Part shown: positions 22,381 to 34,757 of the stretch, piece by piece
Position numbering within the stretch: position 1 is the first letter of the stretch
How the letters are laid out: each line of letters opens with the position of its first letter
Assembly: GCA_051362555.1 (NCBI GenBank)
Contig: CM120646.1
Span: 1,488,001-1,552,000 of the forward strand
Length of the DNA stretch: 64,000 nt
From: Lingula anatina
Taxonomy: Eukaryota > Animalia > Brachiopoda
Direction of reading: 5' to 3'
Program-made: the position numbers and the translations under genes
The notes under the pieces: generated by a model
Told to the model about the DNA's origin: nothing
Databases searched by the model: none
Seen by the model: only the letters and a program-made list of their open reading frames with translations

Positions 22381-23623
22381 CACACACATGTATATTTCTA
22401 CATGTGTATATTATATAGTAGTAAACACGTTTGTACTTACTGATATGCAAATTTAAGAAAATAAGTTACTCTTTCCGACAGGGAGCTTGTCCTAAAAGAT
22501 GACGTGTCTAACATTTGTAACATTAGCCGTTCCTTTCCTTTTGGAGGACAGGCATATAATTTCATATAAGTAGACTAGTTCTCAATTGCCGCGGGTAAAA
22601 TCAGAGTAATATGTGGTCTTATGCCGACTCCCTTTGTGAATTCAGTCCTAAATATCCTGCCCGCCATCATTACGGGGAAACATAGCGAACATTTTCTCAC
22701 TGGCAAAAATGGCAAACAGCAATCACCGAAGTTAATTATGCGACCGCCGTGTCATCTATTCAGATTTTGGTTTAAAGCTAACATTAACCCTCCATCTAAG
22801 TTTTTACTAAAGCCGATCCCTGATTTCAAATTACCCAAGAAAAATAACTAAAAGTATAAATAAATAATTAAGTAGATAAATTAATAAATATACAAGTACA
22901 GGTATATAAATAAAGATTTACTATTGAATTGCTAAAAAACTTACATCGTTCAGATTCCACCCCCCCCCCCCTCCAGACGCTTTTACTTCGCTACTCAATT
23001 TTAATTTGTTATTATTTTCTTTATTCCGTGACTGCGTTAATACCTGCCTAGGAGACGGTCACTAAGATACTGTTTCAACTTTGAACTTTACAGCACCTTC
23101 CAGACATTCTTCACTCATTGTAAAAACTCTTGAAATGGAAGTTATTGGCAATGTGACACTGAAGATACATGTACATGTATCAACTTACCAGATCAGTGCG
23201 GGAACCTTACTTCTATGTTACTCCTCTTCTGAGACAAATGCGAATTAGATACCGACCTATCCGCAACGTGCACTATATCCTCTACTTATTTCTATGTGCA
23301 AAAATAGACCAAGCTCCATATTGATGAGTTTTGTGGGTAATTGGTGTGCGGACAGCGTGACTGACCGGGGGTCACTGTAGATAGGTGTGATAGCAAGGAG
23401 AAACTGCATCAATGCGACCCTGTTTTTGATTATTAAAAAGATATATTATTCATATTTCTATTATTATTTCACGAGACAGCGTGGCAAGACAATACTTCCG
23501 AAAGTGTTGAATTGTTTATCTAGAAGAAAATGTTGAAATAACGCAAGGCTAAATATTAGAGAATAAGTAACCAGCCTTTCTTGTGGCGAGCGTTGATGTT
23601 AGAAAAATTGCAGCGTTGACCAG

Positions 23624-23684
23624 TGGCCGAGGCCCATTTGTGGTCACTGACTTGGCTGAGGCCCATTTGTGGTCACTGACTTGG
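23624..23684. repeat. 29-bp tandem duplication
   Basis: tggcYgaggcccatttgtggtcactgact x2. Confidence 0.9.
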
Positions 23685-24029
23685 AGCGGTGTTATTTGAT
23701 GTCCTGATTACACAGAGCGAACTGGACACAACTTGGAATGCGACCCGACGCGCGCAATAGTTGGAAGCGACGCTACCAGTGTCAGGAGTTTTTTGCACAC
23801 ATTTTTCGAGCAAGTCCCAGTCGGCATATGTTAAAACTCAAGTCAATTGCTGGTTTCAGATCTAATTCTATTTTTTAGACTTTTTTTGACACAATATGCT
23901 GCAGCAGTAGTAGTAAAAAAAATCTGCGCTTTTTTGATAAGAACGCAAGAAATGCCAGACCTTTCAGTATGCTTGATGTTTTATAAAAGACGACTACAAA
24001 TGTTCCTGTTTCTGAAATTGGCCACTTTC

Positions 24030-24255
24030 CTGGGACGCATAATCTAAAAGACAAATCCAACTAGCGCAAATGCTTGCGCGGAGCTTATGTCGTAACTTCC
24101 TTGTATTGGGTAAAGATTAACGGGGCGATATCGGATGTGTTAGTTGAGGTGCTGTCAGATGTGGTAGTAGATCCTGTGATTCTCTACAAAGATTGCAGTC
24201 TTTGCTCTCCGCTAACGCACCTCAGTTTGCTCCGTAAACAAACCCAAGGTCCTTT
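24030..24255 (+). pseudogene. Decayed protein-coding relic (probably TE-derived), copy 1
   Basis: Direct-orientation homolog of 39368-39580. The shared peptide SDVVVDPVILYKDCS.xSPLTH.SL..KQ differs mostly at synonymous sites; there is an upstream in-frame TAG. Confidence 0.5.
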
Positions 24256-24695
24256 GTCTTGTACGAGATAGAGTGTCCACTGTGATACACAGAGCGTTCC
24301 CAAAAATTTGTACAGGGAAACGTTTCAGACATTGACCCACTTACGCCACGTTGACCCCAACCGTTATGGATCTGATGCTGGAAGGACTCTCTTACATGGA
24401 CCTCCATGTACAAGATTTAACTCGCGGCTAAAATGGTCTCGGCTTGCAAAATGTTAGAAGAAGCAGGTAAAAACTGAATAAACTAACCCGTTCTCCCAAA
24501 TCATCAGTAGTTATTTTCTGACATTTCGATTTCTCACCACCTATACATATTTTAATACAATATCGCATCATTAAATCCAGCAGACACGCCCCGATGAAAA
24601 CCGGTGAAAGTAACGGACAAAGTTTTTAAAGGAGGCCGTCCCGTGGGTTGCGTGGGTGGGTGTTGGCCAAATTTGTTTCTCGGGCTGTCACAGCG

Positions 24696-24876
24696 CCGGT
24701 GTGACAACCCTGGTAGCCCGCTAGGGACCGCAGTCCGCTCCCCATTACTTTGTACAGGTGACTTATTTCGTCCCATGTGCTAACCCCAATACCCCGGCTA
24801 ACTCTAACCTGTACTAATACACTGTATATGGGGCCACGAAATTTCATTCCCAGGACTATCATTCCTGTCGCACCTG
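24696..24876. mobile_element. CCGGTGT-ended MITE (family 4b)
   Basis: Termini CCGGTGTGACA / TGTCGCACCTG; reverse-complement homolog of 50573-50780 and 51388-51561. Confidence 0.7.
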
Positions 24877-25238
24877 TGTAAAATGCCTGTCAGGCCAGCA
24901 CTAATACTACTGACATGTGAACGCCGTTGTTTAGTGGGGCGATGTTGATACGCTTGTAAATTGGTTCACCTTTCGCTAAAAATATCTGACCCGAGATCGA
25001 CGATACCGCCCTGGACGTCATCAGGCCATTTATATCAGTTATTTACGTGTGAGCCTATTGAGTCCACATAAAATTAGTTTTTTATTTGTGTTATTCTTTT
25101 ATTTGCCTTAGGTACTTAAAAAAGTTTTTTTCTCGTTAAACGCAGTAAACACTGATAAGAAATATCCCATATACTAGTACTGCTTTTTTCGCATTGAGTC
25201 ACCTACACATGTTACATGTTACCCATGTTTCTCCGTAA

Positions 25239-25494
25239 GAACTGAATCCCAATGAAATTATCGTTCTACGAAAATCGATCTAACTCCGCGGGGACTGTCG
25301 CTGAATGCAATCGGGTTAGCAGATTAACACACCTCCTCTTGTTTCCAATCTACTCGTATTATCACCAGCTTTTTTGTATTCTACTCAACACTAGGAGGAG
25401 GCGTGTTGATTTGTTAATATGATTGCATTCAGCGAGAGTCCCCGCGGAGTTGGATCGATCTACGTAGACCGATTGTTTCATTGGGAATGGACCC
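25239..25494. mobile_element. Hairpin MITE, subfamily 3
   Basis: ~100-bp arms (tcccaatgaaa...aactccgcggggact.tcgctgaatgcaatc / gattgcattcagcgagagtccccgcggagtt...tttcattgggaatggaccc), flanked by TAA/TTA. Confidence 0.8.
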
Positions 25495-26594
25495 TTATAC
25501 TTGATACGAAACGAAGAAGTAAAGCAAATTTTAAAGATTTATTTACCTCGTTAAAATGGAAATAAGCCCATTTATTTTGGAAGCGATGAGTGCACTGTGA
25601 GTGCTAGTGCTTTGAAATTAGTTCATGTCAGAATCTTAATGATCGGCGAATTCTGGAATCAAATACTAAGTATTAAATTTAACAATGCATTCTGAAACCA
25701 ATGAAAAGGATGCGATACGTCGGTATTATCCAGAGTGCATGTTGACTATTTTAAATGTTTTTATTGAACAATACAAAAAGAAAAAAAATAATTTTTAAGA
25801 AATAAAATAAAGCAAAGTAATGTTCCTCTCCACATTTTGTTTTGTGAATTGGGTTTGTTATTGCACATTTAGGCTCATCTCTTATAACGTCTTGCAAAGA
25901 AAGACGGACATAGGTTATATTCTCATCATTTAATAATAAAATATTTTGATAACGGCTCTGAGCAAGCTAAGTTCAGATTTTTATTAACCCCTCCACAGAT
26001 TTTTTCTACATATTGGCCTTCTGACTGATGCAGGCCAGCATATTTTCTACAACCATTTCCGCGTTTTTCAGTCCACATACCTGGGTTTAATTTTCCTCGT
26101 GCATGCACATTCTTTATTACTGATTGTTGACATGATATCTTTTCATTTCAAATCACCACTGCGGTGCCTTTCTTGTCATGAAAATGCCACTGCCATGACA
26201 GTTTATTCAACTCCGACACGCTCACGATACTTTTTCATCGTTTTAATACGCCGACAGCACTAATACATATAACTGAGCTTAAAATATATGAAGATGAATT
26301 TCGAATAAAAAAGAAAAACGTCTACATGTTCCTGATGTAAAGAAAACATCACCAGCACTAGCATTTGACTAACCTTTTATTTAGACCTAAAGGTATATGA
26401 AAACGACGCCTCGATGTTGCTAGTGCCATCATTCCTCTAACGATGTTCATAGTAACAGACGGGAAAACATATGAAATCATATTAATATTACAAATAAACA
26501 TTATGCTTTTTTTTTTTCAAAAACCATTACGCGCTTCATGCACTTCTCTTGGCCTTTAAAATTTTCGCTCGTGAAACATTATTAAAATGCTTAC

Positions 26595-26732
26595 CTTGAA
26601 AATATGTCGTACAGCAATATCCTTATAATGGATTTGCGTCCGGTTCAACCAACTTAGAATTTGTTTTGTATTTGTTTAAAATGACACACCTTTAAGGGGA
26701 GGGCGATTCGGTCACGTGGGGTGCGTCACTTT
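26595..26732 (-). promoter_or_regulatory. Promoter and non-coding first exon of SLC6 copy A
   Basis: Donor AAG|gtaagc at 26595, Inr-like TCATTT (~26682), GTCACGTG E-box 26711-26718 and TGACGCA motif 26722-26728; all conserved in copy B at 38285-38424. Confidence 0.65.
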
Positions 26733-27612
26733 TCCGTATAGGTGAACTACACAGGTCACTGACGAGTGTTTAAGAATTTAATACATTTTGTTATTTTTAA
26801 GGTAATAAAAATAATGACATGGATAATAATAAAACATGAAAATAAACAACAGGATATTTCTATCTTTTCCACACAGAAATGTTATCTGGCATGGAAAGAA
26901 GAAATAGGGATCTTTTTGAAATAGCATTAGTTAGATAAATGTCACAATTTTTTGGCAACAACGGTAGCGCATCCTGACAACATCCTCTGTCCGTTAGGGT
27001 CAAGTTATACGTTATAGGGGCACTGGGCGTCTCGTATCTGACTCGCTATGCGATATCAAGTATGCTCATAATAAATAAATAAATAAATAAATGTTTAATA
27101 CTGGTTTTGGCTTGTCATGAAGATAAGCTTGTTTATTCGTTGTATTCACTTATTTAAATTTCTATACAATCTATCGGCACTTCAAGTTTTCTACACGTCA
27201 CTAGGTAAATAATCGGTAACTGGTCTCCTGTTGACGGCGTCGCATTATGTGCTGGACTATTTCCAAGTAACTTATCTCTCTAATCAACTTGTTATTCTAT
27301 TAAAGTGATTGATGACTGACTGGACGCCAACAGAGCTGTGTGTGGATGTCCCCGTTCGGGGTCAAACGTGCAAACTCCATGACATACCTACATGACTTGA
27401 CTACTTGACTTTTAATGAGTCCCTCTTCCATCTGCGTTCAAATGGGGGCCAATTGTCGTTTGTCAAAGTTCATAAAAGCCGTTTCTCCCAATCCCTATAT
27501 ATATCCACCTAACTGTCTGCTAACCCTGGAGCATCCCCTTCATATGAAATACCTCTCTATGTGACAATATCCTTTTGTACTAAGTAGTTTGTTGGGTTCT
27601 ATGGTTCTTGGT

Positions 27613-27647
<35 letters not shown>

Positions 27648-29447
27648 CGCGCGCGCGCGCGAGTCGTTGGGGTGTGTGTGTGGGGGGGGGGGGTCAACAT
27701 ACACCAGGCTGGCCAATATACAGCTGGTTCGTAACGTTGCACCAAAGAAATGCATCAAGATCATTTAACATTTTCATTATGCTGAATAGTTTAACTGTTT
27801 GTTTTTTTCATCGTCATCTTATTAGAAGCAGTGGAAAGGTAAAGATGGCCTTATAGACATACTTTATATAATTTCTTTTGAACTATAAATATTCGGGCAT
27901 CTAGCTGGCAATATGTCTAAGAAACACTGAAAGGACCCTTTAAGAACTCCCTCCAAATACCCCCCCCCCACACACACACACACACACACACATTCAAGTA
28001 TGTAAAGGTTTAACCCGGACGTTAGTTGTGATTGGGTGCCGATATCAAGGACAGCCTCCCATGTTTACGAACAAGACTTTAACAATTTTCTTGACCTGCG
28101 GACTCGCGTACGGTGGTTAGATAAGACGCGACCTGTTTTGGTGAGAATATATTATGCAGACCTTAACGTTATTTTTTTTAATTTAAATTAAAACGTAATT
28201 GTTTTGGTTAGCCGTTGCCTCTCTCTGCTGAAGCTATACATGTAATATTTGTGATATTCTGGAAAAAGTGTCGCAATATACTATAGAATGAACAGGGACA
28301 TCCTTGACTTGTAACCTTTTTTCTGCCACATCACCCTGTAGGTTACGCAAACAAAGTGCTTTGACCATAACGAGAAAACTTAATATCAATAGTTATCTGT
28401 AACTATCCTTCCCTTCAGAGATGCAGTGGAATAGTCTGGCAAAGAAAAAATGACGTTGGGTTAATGTCATGTATGAAGTTATGTAAGGACCATAATAATA
28501 ATAGTAATAATAAAAATTTTAAAAAAATAATAAAACTGATAACCTGCTCGTTAGAGCATAAGGCAAATTGTCGGAAAATTTCGTACTATATGCAGTATTA
28601 AACGAAGGGGTGGACTTATTAAAATGACTTAAAACTAAATCTACTCTTTGGTCCTAGTAAACGGTAAAAATTCAGCATATTTTCGGTTCTTTATCGAAAA
28701 AGCATGATCGCTAGACTTAATTTTCAACTCAATTTAGTCTAACCATTTGTATAACCATGAGACCTATTTATCTGAAAAAAGTTACACCTTTTTATTGGCC
28801 ATATTAAAGAAACAATTATTTGCACGTTTCGCTTGACGATAAAACTGAACTTAATGTGATCTTTACAACTTTACTGCATATTAACCATTTGCAGTGACCA
28901 CGTTATTAACAGCGCTCAAAATAAAGTAATCAGTACTTGAACAAACAAATTTACGAATGCGATAGGTGAGACAAAATACCACCTTTCTCAATTAAATCTA
29001 ATTTCTAACCCTTGACATACCTAACACGACTGTAAAGTACCTTCTCTTACTCTTCACATCCGCGTGTTTTAATGTTCCGCGGGTCGTTGCTCACAACGTT
29101 GACGACAAAAGGGAAATTCCATAATATTATAAACGGGTCACGGTTTGCTTCTCGTTGCATTTTCATCAATTTGTACGCAAATTTACGGCTGCGTCCAGGC
29201 CAATGAAGTACAGGGCAGTAGTCACCTTTAAACATTGTCGCGATATGTGGGAAAATTCTCCCAATGAAGGTATTATCATAACAACCAGAGGCAAAGAATA
29301 CAACGGGTTGGAAGTCAATCCCAATATTTATAATTATCATAAACAGCATTTATAATCATATTTACTTTCACTATTCTAAGAAAGGTATTATGGTGATGAT
29401 AAAAAATAACCTCGTTTCTTGTGAAACGATTGGTCAAATATTGCTAT

Positions 29448-29557
29448 TTTTATCCTGACTAAAATATACTATGATCATCTCTTTTATACAAGCGTTTCTA
29501 CCTTTTATCCTGACTAAAATATATCATGATCATCTCTTTTATACAAGCGTTTCTACC
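29448..29557. repeat. 55-bp tandem duplication
   Basis: 29448-29502 and 29503-29557 differ only by a ct/tc swap. Confidence 0.9.
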
Positions 29558-29751
29558 TGTATATTGCTTGTTTTTCTTGTTTTGAGGTTTTTTTTATATT
29601 TTTCTACGTGCTCAAAAATAATAAATAAATAAATAAATAAATATATCACTGGCAAAAAAACAAAATACACATCATTACCTTGTTTGTGACGCTATCGTTC
29701 CCATTAAGGTTATCTTATAGTCATTACCTGGAAGCATCACAGCATAAACTA

Positions 29752-29819
29752 CTCGCGCATGGTTGCCCTAATTCTGATCAGGTTTTAATATTAGAACACG
29801 TATGCGGGTTGGCACGACT
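29752..29819. promoter_or_regulatory. Conserved non-coding block (left-arm copy), candidate enhancer
   Basis: 63/68 identity to the reverse complement of 31760-31827, with a 35-bp perfect core at 29761-29795. Confidence 0.5.
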
Positions 29820-30711
29820 CGAATTGCATAGTAAATCAGCATATGGATGCCCCGCCTTTTGTCTATACGAACTGAGGTTATTCAGACATGGTGTAGAGAT
29901 GTGGACTCAAAATATAAAAAAGGAGTAATGTTGCCTTATATTGTCCTGGTAGCTATTTTTGTGGAGTTAAATGGAAAAACTCACTGTTATTTGCACATTT
30001 TGATTATCGATGTATTAATAAGGAATCGAAGTCGCCATATTGTCTAAATATTTTCTCTCTGAGGGAGGCACCATTTCAATTACATTTTGATAAAGATATC
30101 TTTTTTTGCACAGACATTAAAATTTCTCATAAAGTATGATACTCACGTTGAATCTCTCTGCAAATAAAAGATACTTGTGAAAAGTAAGGGGCAGCTGAAA
30201 CAAAGTAGGCTTACACTGAAGATCTGCATTTGAAAGACAGACTATTTGTGATTATCGCTTTAAATTTCGCGATTCCGCAGACTGGGAAATAGTATATAAT
30301 CATCAAATACTTTCATTTTCATTCTTGAAAAACTGAGAAATTATGTAAACAATGAGATAACAACAGGTGTGCGAAGTCATAGCGCAATATATCTCCTCCT
30401 ACACAAAAAAACAAAAATAAAATAAGATAAAGCTGTTAAGGTGTTTTTAAAAGTTTAGTTTGGAAGGTGCATGTAGAGTAAAAGACAGTGTGGTTTCTCA
30501 TTTCTCCGTGCTGACCTACCAATTGTCAAAAATACATGCAGAGCATCCATATGTAAAATTCGCCGTTATACTACCAACCGAATGTACATACTTATTGGTA
30601 GATGAGGTTGCTATGGTTTCGATCCCAGGTCACATCATAAAAACTGAACAACATTTTGAAAGCATTACCCGCAATTAGAAGCCATGTTTTACGTTTTGAG
30701 ACGATGTAGTG

Positions 30712-30872
30712 TGAGGATTCATGTGAATTCATCGTATAGATCTTAAGGAAAATATAAGTATTATTACTGATGCATCTCTGAAGATCTTACATTACAGTTG
30801 TCAAATATAATCCAAGCTTTCGGCTCCTTGGGGATTGATAATCCTCGAAAAAGGCCAAGGGGCCGAAAGCTT
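30712..30872. mobile_element. Short Penelope-like retroelement fragment with internal inversion and TSD
   Basis: Flanked by direct repeat ttgagacgatgtagtg (30696-30711, 30871-30886). Contains an 18/19 inverted repeat (30813-30831 / 30855-30873) and the pLTR-like motif cctcgaaaaaggccaaggggccgaaagcttg. Confidence 0.55.
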
Positions 30873-31759
30873 GAGACGATGTAGTGAAGCTGAGTGTAAA
30901 TATGACGTGATTATTTCGGTAGCAGTTAGGCTTGTCGACAAACTATTTTGTATTTGCCTACAAACAAGAACAGTATGAACCTGCACGCATTTTGCACACA
31001 AAAAAACCCAGAAGCCCACAATACGGGTATGCATGCATTTGTCAAGCAATAATATTGCAAATGCACACTAAGGGAGGCCTTTGCGAAAAGACAGTTCTTT
31101 TAATCAAACTGTTATATGATTCCATTTAAAATCCCAATTAAAATGAATTGTGTCTTACTCACCCCGTTTGACGCCCGACGATCTTCATGAGTATTGCCTC
31201 CATCACCCATTGTGTCCATGCTTCCTTTAACTTCAACGTTGAACAGTGAATATCTCCTTGATGGAGAGACGGACGATTTAACTCGCAGAGTGGACAATGC
31301 CCAAGACTAAGAAATTATTGGACGAGACCACGGACTTAACCGGTACTTCCTAACGTAGTCACTGGACTGAAAATCCCTGTTTCTAAGAGACACCGTGGAA
31401 GGAACGCAGGTTTAATACTGGTTCAACTCAGATGTTTTCGTAAATTATTTTGATGATGACTGTGCCTTAAATATCCATATATTCATAAGATGGTGGTGCT
31501 TGCAGACGCCCTGTATATCGAAAATTTTAAAAAGTGCAAAGTTGATGAGACCAAGAGGATTTCTTTTTCATTTCAAGTGCACATTAAATATTTTCGTAGC
31601 TCCAATGACACTGTATAATCCCCTATAAACTCTTTTCTCCTGATCTGACAGGTACAGTGTGTACATGTACGTCCCCATTACGACACAGCCTGTCTATATA
31701 CGCCTGACTCATTACCAGAGGACAGACCATTTATTTGCAGATCTACTATATACATTTCA

Positions 31760-31827
31760 AGCCGTGCAAACCCGCATTCGTGGTCTAATATTAAAACCTG
31801 ATCAGAATTAGGGCAACCGTGCGCGAG
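31760..31827. promoter_or_regulatory. Conserved non-coding block (right-arm copy), candidate enhancer
   Basis: Inverted 63/68 match to 29752-29819. Confidence 0.5.
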
Positions 31828-32479
31828 CAGATTTAGACGCACTCTTTAAGTATTAATGCTCCAAGATAATGAGTTGGAATAGTATAAGTGTAATGATAGC
31901 AATTTTATCGCAAACAAGATGACAGTTTGTTTAACATATACGGTTAGATGAGCATGGGAAACCAACAACAATATACAATTATTGCATGTTGCAAATAATA
32001 TTTTAAAAGAGATGACATTTTTGAAACACGACAAGTCATAGAAACAATTAACAAATCATATTAATAATTGCAAATTTATTTTTATGTCATCGTCATAATA
32101 CCTTCCTAATAAAAGTTAAAATAAATATGAATTATGTTTTTGATAATAATAATAGTATTTACCTCCAACCCGTCGTATTCTTAACCATAGGTTCTTACAG
32201 TATATATAACACTGCATGCGTTTTCCCACGTAGTGCATACGTGCTACAGTGTGTACAGTGTATTTGATTTTCAGGTTGTGTAATTTATCCTTGATAATTA
32301 TTCAGTTGCATTAATCGTCTTTTAATTAGTGGGGATTTTCTTATCTGTTTCTACCGATCTTGCTTCTATTCGTGTTGTATCTGACGCAAGTCTATATCAC
32401 AATATTTCAGTGGTTTTGAATTCATTTTCTATATTACATACTACCATCATATCTAGCTGTCTGTTTTTCAGATCACAAA

Positions 32480-32662
32480 GTTAACCCGCCTCCTCCTGAC
32501 GTTGAGTAGACTACAGAAAAGCTGGTGGCTATACAGTATAAACGGGTGCGTTAGAAACAAGAGGAGGCATGTTTTCATATAAATCTGATTCCATTCAACG
32601 AGACTCCCCGCGGAGTTGGATCGATCAACGTAGCACGATAATTTTCATTGGGAATGAGCCCC
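32480..32662. mobile_element. Partial hairpin MITE, subfamily 3
   Basis: Ends ccgcggagttggatcgatcaacgtag...ttcattgggaatgagcccc; internal part is the reverse complement of the 25239 copy. Confidence 0.7.
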
Positions 32663-32828
32663 AGGCCTACTTCTGCTTGTATTACGGTGGCCTGGGCAGA
32701 GAATTGACTGTTAATTTGCGTGCAAAACGATGAAAGTGCAGTGAGAAGCAAACCGTGACCCGCTTATAATAGTGTGGAATGTTCTCTATTGCCGTAAGCG
32801 TGGTGAGCAACAAACCGTGGAACATTAA

Positions 32829-33071
32829 GACTGGGTTCCCATACCTAGATCAATCTAACAGGGTCGATCCATCACTGCGGGGATTCTCGCTAAATTGCTT
32901 TCATCTTAAGCGGCTTAGATGCCTGGCACTCCTACTGAAGCTGCTAAACAACCAGCAGCTTCAGTAAGCGTGACGGACATCTAAACCGCTAAAGCTGAAT
33001 GCAATTTAGCGAGAATCCCTTCAGGGATAGATCGATCCACAGTTAGTACGACAGGGTCTGGGAATGGTCCC
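32829..33071. mobile_element. Hairpin MITE, subfamily 1, TAA TSD
   Basis: TAA|GACTGGGTTCCCA...TGGGAATGGTCCC|TAA with a long internal palindrome. Confidence 0.85.
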
Positions 33072-34446
33072 TAAGAAATTCAGATGTCCTGAAAAAGAGA
33101 AGGTACTTAAATTCGCCACTGACTGTGACAGCGAGGGACATGCTAGTTTCGACGGCCCACAAGTTTCGAAAGTCTTGGAAGTTAAGATTGTCTAAGATCT
33201 GTTTCGGAAACAATTAACAATACTTGTATTGCTGAGTTCGAAAAATGTAGACCTAGATCCTTCAGGAAAACAGCAATGACATTTTGTTATTTCATTACAT
33301 GCAGATGGTGTGTATTTTATAATAATAATAGTTTATTCAGCTTTAAATGTTACAATTTAACATTGTTCGCTGTCTAGGCTACTACAGAAACTTCACTATT
33401 GTTCTTACATCAAAATATAAGAAAAAAGAAATATAAATAAATAAGAGATAAAATAAAGAGTAAAATATCCGTTAAAGCTAAAAGTTAATAAATGTGATGG
33501 GTGCATTTTGCAGAAAGGAGGACAAAACATCAAGTACAAAAGCATGCATCACATAAGATAGAATGTTGGTCAATACTTATAGACCGAAATCTCAGTCCAC
33601 TTCGATCCGAAAGCAATTACTCACTTAGGCCGATCTCGTTGACATAGTTTTACTTTTTTTCTATTTTTATTTTTATTTATTTGTTTGTTCGTTTGTTTTG
33701 GATGTCGCTATCTATCACTGCTATTCTCAGCCCGTTGATTTTGATCATACTTAACTGTGCGTTGTGTTTCCCTGTCTCTATTTAACCTTCTCTCGGCCTT
33801 AGAAGAATTAAATGATTATTAAAGCTTTAATTTTGCCAGGGATTCGATTGGCAGTCACGGGGACAATTAAGTGGATCTTTTTCTCCTTGCTGTCTGAATC
33901 TAGTGATATGCTGTTTAACCTCCTTTTGGCTGCAGTTTTACTCGATAATTGTGTCGATAATGCATATTAGGGGTACTTGTAGCCAATTAACTGAAACATT
34001 GCAATTGTTAACAAGAAAGAAATAAAAACTGGTTAAAAAAAGATTTATAATACTATTACTTTAGCAACTGAAGTTGATACCAATTTTCGTCCTACAGTAC
34101 ACAGTTCAATTTACAACAAATATTGTTATTTGATGCCACAAGACAAGAGATATAAAATTATAAACAAAAAAATTAGGAAGCAAAAAGATTAAGATTGCTT
34201 CATTGTGTTTGGTGATATTTAGTCACACTGACGCATTTTAGAGCAACTATAGTTTATTTGTATAAAAAGCATTAAAAATAGATATAGAAAAATAGATAGG
34301 AAAAAGAGGTTAAAATTGCTTCATTGTGTTAGTTGAGACGGGGTGTTGTGTTACACCTGACACATTCAGAAATCTATCTGTCAATCAACATCACTTCACA
34401 GTGTGTGTAGTTACATGTTCACTACAACTGGTAAACATACAGTTAA

Positions 34447-34656
34447 GACTGCGTTCCCATTGATTTTAGATCGATCTATGCCCCTGGGGAGTCTCACTAG
34501 ATGGTGTCAGCTTCACAGGCTTAAATGTTTGCCCCGCCTACTAAAAGCTGGAAGGGGGAAATTAACTATAGTGCGCGCTCGGCTGACAGCAATTTAGCGT
34601 GAACCCCCAGGGAGTTAGGTCCAGATGGATCGATCTAAATCTATGGGAATGCAGTC
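34447..34656. mobile_element. Hairpin MITE, subfamily 2, TAA TSD
   Basis: TAA|GACTGCGTTCCCA...TGGGAATGCAGTC|TAA (TIR 12/13). Confidence 0.85.
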
Positions 34657-34670
34657 TAAGTTACCCTATA

Positions 34671-34757
34671 CCAGGGTGGCAGATTATATAGGAAAAACGA
34701 AAAAAATCACAGAGACAGATCTGTGAATTTCTGTGAAAAATCAGTCTGTCGCCCTGG
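34671..34757. mobile_element. ~90-bp MITE with CCAGGG termini
   Basis: ta|CCAGGGTGGCAGATT...AGTCTGTCGCCCTGG|ta. Confidence 0.55.

Larger units (their letters stand above)
9945..29900 (-). repeat. Left arm of a ~40-kb diverged inverted segmental duplication
   Basis: Collinear reverse-complement matches to ~31670-50345: 3' UTR ends (~9960-10040 vs ~50265-50320), all coding exons, first exon/promoter (26595-26730 vs 38285-38424), 27100-27235 vs 36940-37050, 28010-28100 vs 35795-35890, 29250-29405 vs 32080-32230, 29752-29819 vs 31760-31827. Outer boundaries are approximate. Confidence 0.85.
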
